In this document: positions 25,207 through 32,700 of the stretch, piece by piece
Numbering within the stretch: the first letter of the stretch is position 1
How the letters are laid out: each line of letters opens with the position of its first letter
Assembly (NCBI GenBank): GCA_003250865.1
Contig: QKJH01000181.1
Location: 1 to 44,391, forward strand
From: Alphaproteobacteria bacterium
GTDB taxonomy: Bacteria > Pseudomonadota > Alphaproteobacteria > Micavibrionales > SZUA-601
DNA: 44,391 nucleotides
Direction: 5' to 3'
Made by a program: the position numbers and the translations under genes
The notes under the pieces: model-generated
What the model saw: only the letters and a program-made list of their open reading frames with translations
Told to the model about the DNA's origin: nothing
Databases searched by the model: none

Positions 25207-26451
25207 TTATTTTGATAATAATACGAAATATTGAAATAGCTTATTTAATCTTTCAATTTCCTCAGAGTAAATTTTCTCCTGTTGTTTAAAATTCTGAATT
25301 CCCAATGTGCTTAATATATGAGCTTTGGTAGTTTCCTGTTTATCTTTTGAAAGCAGATGGTCTAAGTATATACGGTAATCATGTAGAATATATAATGGCG
25401 AAATCAGTATTTCGATGTCAATATTCTTTTCCATTCCATCACAAAATTTCTTCAATACTTCTTTGAGCAGACGAATAGACTGCCATTTTTTATATTCTTT
25501 TTTCCTTTCCGTTTCAATATATAAGGCTTCATATAACAATCTTAGTTGTTCGACATTAAAGCCCTCAACTAAAATTTTATCAAAGGCATTTATTACACCA
25601 GATACGCTTTGCTCGGTAAAAATAATAGGTCGCTTAACGTTTTTAGCATGAGAAACACATTCTTCATCCAAATGAGTTAAATCAATCCCATACTTCTTTT
25701 TTATATTTGAGATAAAGTTGTCTTTATTGATTAATATCTGATTTTCTCTTATTGGCTCACTAAAAATGCAATTCATCTGTGCCTGAAAAAATTCTGAATT
25801 TGTTATCAAATGGTCAGAGTCTATATTAAAACTTTTAAGAATAGCTTGGCTTTGATCATCCATATCATTCAAGTCACCTAACCAAAATACCAATTTCCCA
25901 TGAGAATTGAACCCAAATGGAACAGCCCATTCATATTGATATATACTTTCTGGGTCTTTTTTCCCTATGTGTCCATATGTTTCAGAAAAAATATCTACTT
26001 CAAAATCGGGAACAGATATAAAATAAATTAGAGCTTTTCTATCAAAATATACCGGAGTTAAAAAACCTTCTACTGAATGTTCCTCATCATAACATAATCC
26101 GGGTATACTGTAATAATCTCTATAATCATAGGAAAAATCCTGACGTTGGCAGTAATCAAACTTTTTTCTATATTCCTTGCGAATGAAATTTCCTTCGAGT
26201 TGATTTTCTTCTACCATACTTTTATAACATCCATCAATCATTCTTTTTGAATGCATAGACAGACACTTTGCTCCACATTTTGCGCATTCAAACACAAGTA
26301 GTTCAGCATAATACAAAAATCTATCCTCTATTTTTACTGTTACTTCATCTTCAACAATTTCTCGTATTCCATTGCAGTTGTTACATTTGTCCATATGGTA
26401 TCTTTTATATTCAGACAAAAAATCATCATAGGTTTTAAACTCAATGTTCAT
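25207..26451 (-). CDS. hypothetical protein with N-terminal zinc-ribbon-like motif (AT-rich cargo gene)
   Basis: 414-aa ORF with CNNCNG ... CAKCGAKC. Codon usage and base composition are strikingly AT-rich compared with both neighbours. No family recognised. Confidence 0.7.
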   Translation of the reverse strand: MNIEFKTYDDFLSEYKRYHMDKCNNCNGIREIVEDEVTVKIEDRFLYYAELLVFECAKCGAKCLSMHSKRMIDGCYKSMVEENQLEGNFIRKEYRKKFDYCQRQDFSYDYRDYYSIPGLCYDEEHSVEGFLTPVYFDRKALIYFISVPDFEVDIFSETYGHIGKKDPESIYQYEWAVPFGFNSHGKLVFWLGDLNDMDDQSQAILKSFNIDSDHLITNSEFFQAQMNCIFSEPIRENQILINKDNFISNIKKKYGIDLTHLDEECVSHAKNVKRPIIFTEQSVSGVINAFDKILVEGFNVEQLRLLYEALYIETERKKEYKKWQSIRLLKEVLKKFCDGMEKNIDIEILISPLYILHDYRIYLDHLLSKDKQETTKAHILSTLGIQNFKQQEKIYSEEIERLNKLFQYFVLLSK

Positions 26452-26517
26452 AAGCGCACTCCATTTATAATTTGTATAGTTAAACTTTTATTCAGTGCCT
26501 ATCAGTTTGAGATTATA

Positions 26518-26546
26518 ATTATATCATAAATTTATGGGATTTTCTA
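26518..26546 (-). promoter_or_regulatory. promoter of the 414-aa orphan gene
   Basis: On the minus strand: TAGAAA (26546-26541), 17 nt, then an extended -10 TGATATAAT (26526-26518). This is about 65 nt upstream of the ATG. Confidence 0.5.
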
Positions 26547-26708
26547 CCCTCGAGGGGTATGTAAAAAGCAGCATCAGCCATCAGCTAATGCCACTTTCTG
26601 CAAAATTCATTCAGTTAAATCGCACCAATCTTTTAAGATACGCTAAGTTGTCTGCGTGTCCGTAAAATAAAGGCTCTGCTCTTCGGCTTCCAACTGCAAA
26701 TGTGCGAA

Positions 26709-29700
26709 TTACCGTTCCAAACCCGCGACCTTTGGAGCGCGTTCCGTTTCGCCCTCATCTGGGGCGTAGTCAAGAATCGCACTGTCTTTTTCATCCATGT
26801 TTAGCAAAGAGTTCACTTCCCGGAGCCGTGCAGATTTCGTCAAATATTCCTGCTCCTGCGGAAACGGGCGTAATACCTCGCCCTGTGCTGATTTAAACTG
26901 CGTTTGCGTATCCGCAAGGGTACTTTCGCAACGTTGGAGCGATGAAGAAAAGCTCTCCAGCGCATTGTCAAGGCGGGTGATATTGCCGTGGATGTCCGTA
27001 CCCAATTTGATCGTGTGGGAGAGCGCGCCGGACAGCGTAACACGGTACTCTTTTGCGTAGCTGTCAAAGGATAATATCATCTGAAAGCCGCGATATTCGC
27101 CCACCGGAACAGGGTCGGGGGAAGTCATGGCTTTGCAGGCTTCAATGATGGCTTTGCCCGCGTCGGCTTTCTCGGCATAAAGAATCCCGCCTACGGTCAT
27201 GGGCGGGAAGTGGTCTTTATCTGCCGGGTGCTTTGCTGAGGTTTCCATATCGGCCTTATAGCCTGCTATCCGTTCAGTCATCCGTTTGATTTCCTGCGGA
27301 TATTCCTTCAAAATCTTATCTTCAAGAGCGTACCGCTGGCTCAAATGGCTGGCTTGCAGGATCTTCAGCTTGTTCACGTCCATTTCAAGCTGGCACTTTT
27401 CGATAATCAGTGGATTTCCCGTTGCCAACGCTTTGATTTCAGCATAACTCAAAGCCGTTTCGTCCACGTCCTCGGCAATGCGGGCGGGCGTTTTGCTGGT
27501 CATGACTTGGGCTATAAACTTCTGTTTGTTTTCCACAAGCTGATAGAGGTAGCTGTCGAACGTTCCCTCGGTAACATAACGGAATATCTCGACTTCGGCG
27601 TTTTTATTGCCCTGCCGGACAATACGCCCAAGCCGCTGTGCAAGGTCGCTCGGCCGCCAAGGGCAGTCGAGGTCATGCAAGGCAATAAGTTTATCCTGCA
27701 CGTTGGTTCCCGCACCCATTTTCTGTGTGCTTCCCATCAGATTACGGATTTGACCTTTGCGCACCTTTGCAAAAAGTTCCTTTTTTTGTGCTTCAGTAGT
27801 GGCTTCGTGGATAAAAACGGTTTCATCTACGGGAACGCCTTTTGCGATTAGTTTCTTTCTGAGGTCGTCATATACATTGAGAAATTCGACAGAATGAAGT
27901 TCACCGTCTTTTTCTACCATCTCATTGTTCTTTTTTGGTGTGGATAAATCGCAGAAAATAAGCTGTGCCAACTGTTTATCTTTATTTTCTTCCCAAATAC
28001 GGAATACCTTTTCGGCACAGACCGCAACTTTGCCTTCCGGGTCGTCGGGTAACATGGGATTGATAAGCCGCTGGTCAAGCGCCAGCTTCCTGCCGTCGTT
28101 CGTCACCTTGAGCATATTATCAACGGTAGGATCAACATCGCCTTTGCGTATAGCTTCGGCGCGCTCGGCCAGTTCCGCTACCATATCCTGCTGCCACTGG
28201 CTCGGTTTGATGACGATGGTGTGAAAATTCGCCTTTGGCACGGGTAGTTTGAGCATATCGGCGGTTTGAATGTCGGCAACCTGCCGAAACATAGCCATAA
28301 GCTCCGGGAGATTGTAAAACTTAGCGAATCGGGTTTTGGCGCGGTAGCCGGTTCCCTCCGGCGCAAGCTCGATGGCGGTCACCGTTTCCCCGAACGTACT
28401 CGCCCATGCGTCAAAATGCTGCAAGCCCTGACGTACCAATTCCTTGTATTGAAGATACCGCTGCATGGTATATAGCTCCACCATGCTGTTTGAGATCGGC
28501 GTACCTGTGGCAAAGACTGTGCCGCGACTGCCCGTAAGCTCATCAAGATATTGTGTTTTCATGAACAAGTCGGAGCTTTTCTGAGCTTCGGTCTGTGCGA
28601 TACCGCCCACATTCCGCATTTTTGTTAGCAAAAATAAATTTTTAAAATAGTGCGCCTCGTCGATAAAAAGGCGGTCTGTACCAAGTTCTTCAAAGGTGAC
28701 AACGTCATCCTTGCGGCTTTGATCGTTCAGCTTTTTCAGCTTCACCTCAAGGTTTTTCTTCATTTTTTCCATTGCCTTGATTGTATAGCGTTCGCCGTTG
28801 TTTGCCTTGATTTCAGAAATGCCCATGACAATTTCATCAATCTGCCGCTCCATCATAGCCTGCTGGCGTTCTACGCTCATGGGGATTTTTTCAAACTGCG
28901 AATGTCCGATGATAATTGCGTCGTAATCCCCGGTGGCGATCCGGGCGCAGAATTTTTTACGGTTTTTGGTTTCAAAATCCTTTTTGGTCGCTACAAGGAT
29001 ATTCGCGGAAGGATAAAGCTGCAAAAACTCTGACGCCCACTGCTCGGTGATATGATTCGGTACGACGATCAGGCTTTTGTTGCACAGCCCCAAACGCTTG
29101 CTTTCCATCGCGGCGGCTACCATTTCAAAGGTTTTGCCCGCGCCCACTTCGTGCGCCAATAGGGTGTTGCCGCCATATAGGATGTGGGCGATTGCGTCTA
29201 TCTGGTGCTTTCTCAATATAATTTCGGGGTTCATGCCGGGGAAGGTAAGGTGTGAGCCGTCATACTCGCGGGGTCTTATGCTGTTGAATTTGTCGTTATA
29301 CATCCGGCAGAGCCGTTCACGCCGGGCGGGGTCTTGCCATATCCATTCCTGAAACTTGGAACGGATAAGCTCCTGCTTGGCCTGCGCGATGGCGGTTTCT
29401 TTTTTATTCAGGACGCGCTTTTCAGTTCCGTCCGGGTCATACACCTTGTCCCAAACGCGAACATCCCGCAGATTCAGTGATTCTTCGATGATTTTATAGG
29501 CGTTGATACGCTGTGTGCCGTAGGTGTTAAAGGAATGGATATTGCTTCTGTCGTAGTTCTTTTCGGTTATATTCCATTCCCCATTATAATGGGTATAATG
29601 CACCTTTACGCGCCCACGGGCATAACTCGGTGTTTGCAAAAGTTCATACATGAACTGCTGAACAACATCCTCCGGGAGCCATGTCGCGCCCAGGCGCACC

Positions 29701-32700
29701 GATATTTCGGCGGCGGTCAGGTCGGGCGGCTGCGCCGCTTCAAGGGCTTTGACATTAACGGTATAATCCTCCGGGTAAAGCTCGGCACTCTTTTTCGCCC
29801 ATTCCAGCTTTTCCCGGACGTTGCCGGAAAGGTATTCATCGGCGGTCAGGTATTTTTCTTGATTGTTACCGCTATATCCGTGCATAGGATTGAGGAAAAT
29901 CACGCCTTCAAGCTCCTTGGCCAGCGTTTCCTCGGTCATGCTTGTAAGCTGCGCCATGAAAGGCAGATCAACCCTTGCTTTTTCGGCCAGTGATACCGCC
30001 AACGCTTCGCTTGCCGTGTCCACATGGGTAACGGGGATATGCGCCTGTATGGTGCGCTTACTAAACATATCGGCTTTGCGCTCCAGCTCGCCGTTTTCGT
30101 CGATGACTTCCAGAGAGCAAAGCAGGCAATAGGCGCTGTCCTGTGAAAACGCTATGCTGTTGCCGCGCGAATTGATAAGCCCGTATTTGCGGGTAAAGCT
30201 GTCATACAGGCGGTTCAGCTTTGCCTGTTCCGCTTGTATGGCGCTGTCAGGATAATCGCTGGTCTGATAGAAAATCAGGTTACGGACGCACTCCCGCAGT
30301 TCTATCAAGCCCTTTACACGGCTTTGCGTCGTAACAGGCAGCTCCACGGGAACCATGCGGCTGTCCTGCCGGTAGTAGATTTGTCCTTCCACAAGGGTAT
30401 AGCTGAAATTACGCACATTCGGGTCAGAGGGGATGGAATGATCTTCTTCCAGTTCGTCCTCATCGTATTCGTATTCGGTGATTTCAGCGTGAATATTGGT
30501 GATAGCTTCGTCAAGCTGTGCCGGAAGGTCGCTGTCCTCAAACGGGTTACAGGCGGTTTCTTTCCCGTTGCCGTACATCCTATCGTCCCACGCCATTGTG
30601 CCGAGTATCATGTCGGGGTGTTCGGCAAAATAGCTGTTGACGGGTATGCCGTCCTCTGTTTGTCCCAAATGCACCCAATCGGGTTCAATGTCGATAATAC
30701 GGTCACGTTTTTGTAAAAAGATGATGTCTGTGGTGACTTCCGTTCCGGCATTGGCTTTGAAAGCCGTGTTGGGAAGCCGTATCGCGCCGAGCAGATCCGC
30801 CCGCTGCGCAATATACTTACGGACGGCGGGGTTTTCTTTGTCCAGCGTTCCCTTTGAGGTTACAAACGCCACGATACCACCGGGGCGTACCTTGTCCAGC
30901 GTCCGGGCAAAGAAATAATCGTGGATGTGGAATTTGTATTTGTCATACCGCTTGTCGGCAACCTTATAATTCCCAAACGGCACATTGCCGATGGCAAGAT
31001 CGAAAAAGCTGTCGGGCAGGTCGGTTTTTTCAAAGCCTTGTATGGCAATGCTGTTCCTTTGGTATAGCTGTTGGGCGATGCGCCCGGTCAGGCTGTCAAG
31101 CTCCACACCGAACAGCTTGCTCTCCCTCATAGATTCGGGCAGAAGGCCAAAGAAATTACCGATGCCGCAGGATGGTTCCAGCACATTACCCGTCTTGAAG
31201 CCCATGTTTTCCACAACTTTATAGATGGCTTTGATAACGGTGGGGCTGGTGTAATGGGCGTTCAGGGTGCTTGACCGCGCTGATTCGTATTCGTCAGGTG
31301 AAAGCGTAGCTTGAAGCTCAGAAAACTCATTTGTCCATGAGGTACTCTCAGGGTCGAACGCCTGCGGTAAGCCGCCCCATCCCACATACCGCGCCAATAC
31401 TTCCTGTTCCTCCGGCGTGGCAAAGCGGTTTTCAAGCTCAATCGCTTGCAGGGTCTTGATCGCTTCCATATTGTTGCGGAATTTCGTCTTTGCACCGCCC
31501 ACGCCTAAATCATCGTCTATAATACGGTAATTATGGCGCTCGGACATGGGAATTTCCGGGTGCGGGTCAAAGGTCTGCGTCCGGCTGCGGCGTTTGGCCT
31601 GCTCCCACGCGGGGATCAGGGTTTCTTCTTTTTCGGCTGGCTTGTAGGGAGGGAGGTCAATAACAATGCTCTTTAATCCGCCCTCTATCTCCTTGAATAC
31701 GGGTTCATCAGATGTAGTCTGCTGTGTTTCTTTTTCGGCTGGTAAGTCCTGCGGCTTTTCTTCTATGGGGTCATACTGACGGATAAAGTCCAGCGGTTCG
31801 CTGCGGAATATGGGAAAACCCACGCCGTTTTCAAAGGTAACATCCCGCAGCTTGATCTCGTCGGCGTCCTCGTCTACGCTGTCAACGATAAACTGCCTGC
31901 CGTCGATTTCATACCGCTTACCGACAAGGAATTCCGGCGTTTCTTCCTCTGTGAGATAGGCGTACTCGATAAAGTCGGCAATCTCCTTGTAATCGCCTGT
32001 ACCGCCTCGATTGTCGTATTCCTCCAGACCGACCTCAATCAATTCGTCGGAAACGATATACCCGCGCCAGTCCAGCGCGTCACGGATTTGGTCTTTCAGT
32101 TCCGCATCTTTGTCAATGTCCGGTTCCTGCTGCGGTTCCGTTACGCCCTCATCGGTCTTGATAAGCCCGTCATTCAAGTGGTTTTCCCGCAGCTTGCGGT
32201 CAAATTCGTCGCGGGGCATTTCCTGTGTGAATATCGGAAATTTCACGTCCCGAAGCACCACATGGGTATCGTCAAAGGAATAAATCTCGTATTCATCCGT
32301 ACCGAGATACACCGAAACGCCAAGCTGAAGGTCATACTGGACAGCTTCATCAGTGGGAACGGCAGACAACTCCGGCGCTTTGGGTGCGGGAGCAGCCGTT
32401 TCTTTTTCGGCAGGTTTCATAGGAGTGAACAGCGAAAACGTGCCGTTTTGATATGCGGTCAGGTGGTCGAACGCTCTCCGCATCAATTCATAATTACGGT
32501 CAAAATCGGCGGTATTGTCGAGCATCACCGCCATTTGGCTGAGAATTTCTGCGACACGCTCCGGCTCGTCAAGCTGTGGACGAACGATTTTCACGCTGTC
32601 CCAAAAGTCCGTACCGTGAGGAAACTGACGCGGTAAATCTTCCGACTGATAGGGGTAGAAGCTGACAACCTCTCTTGCCAGTTCTTCCTTTTCATATTCA

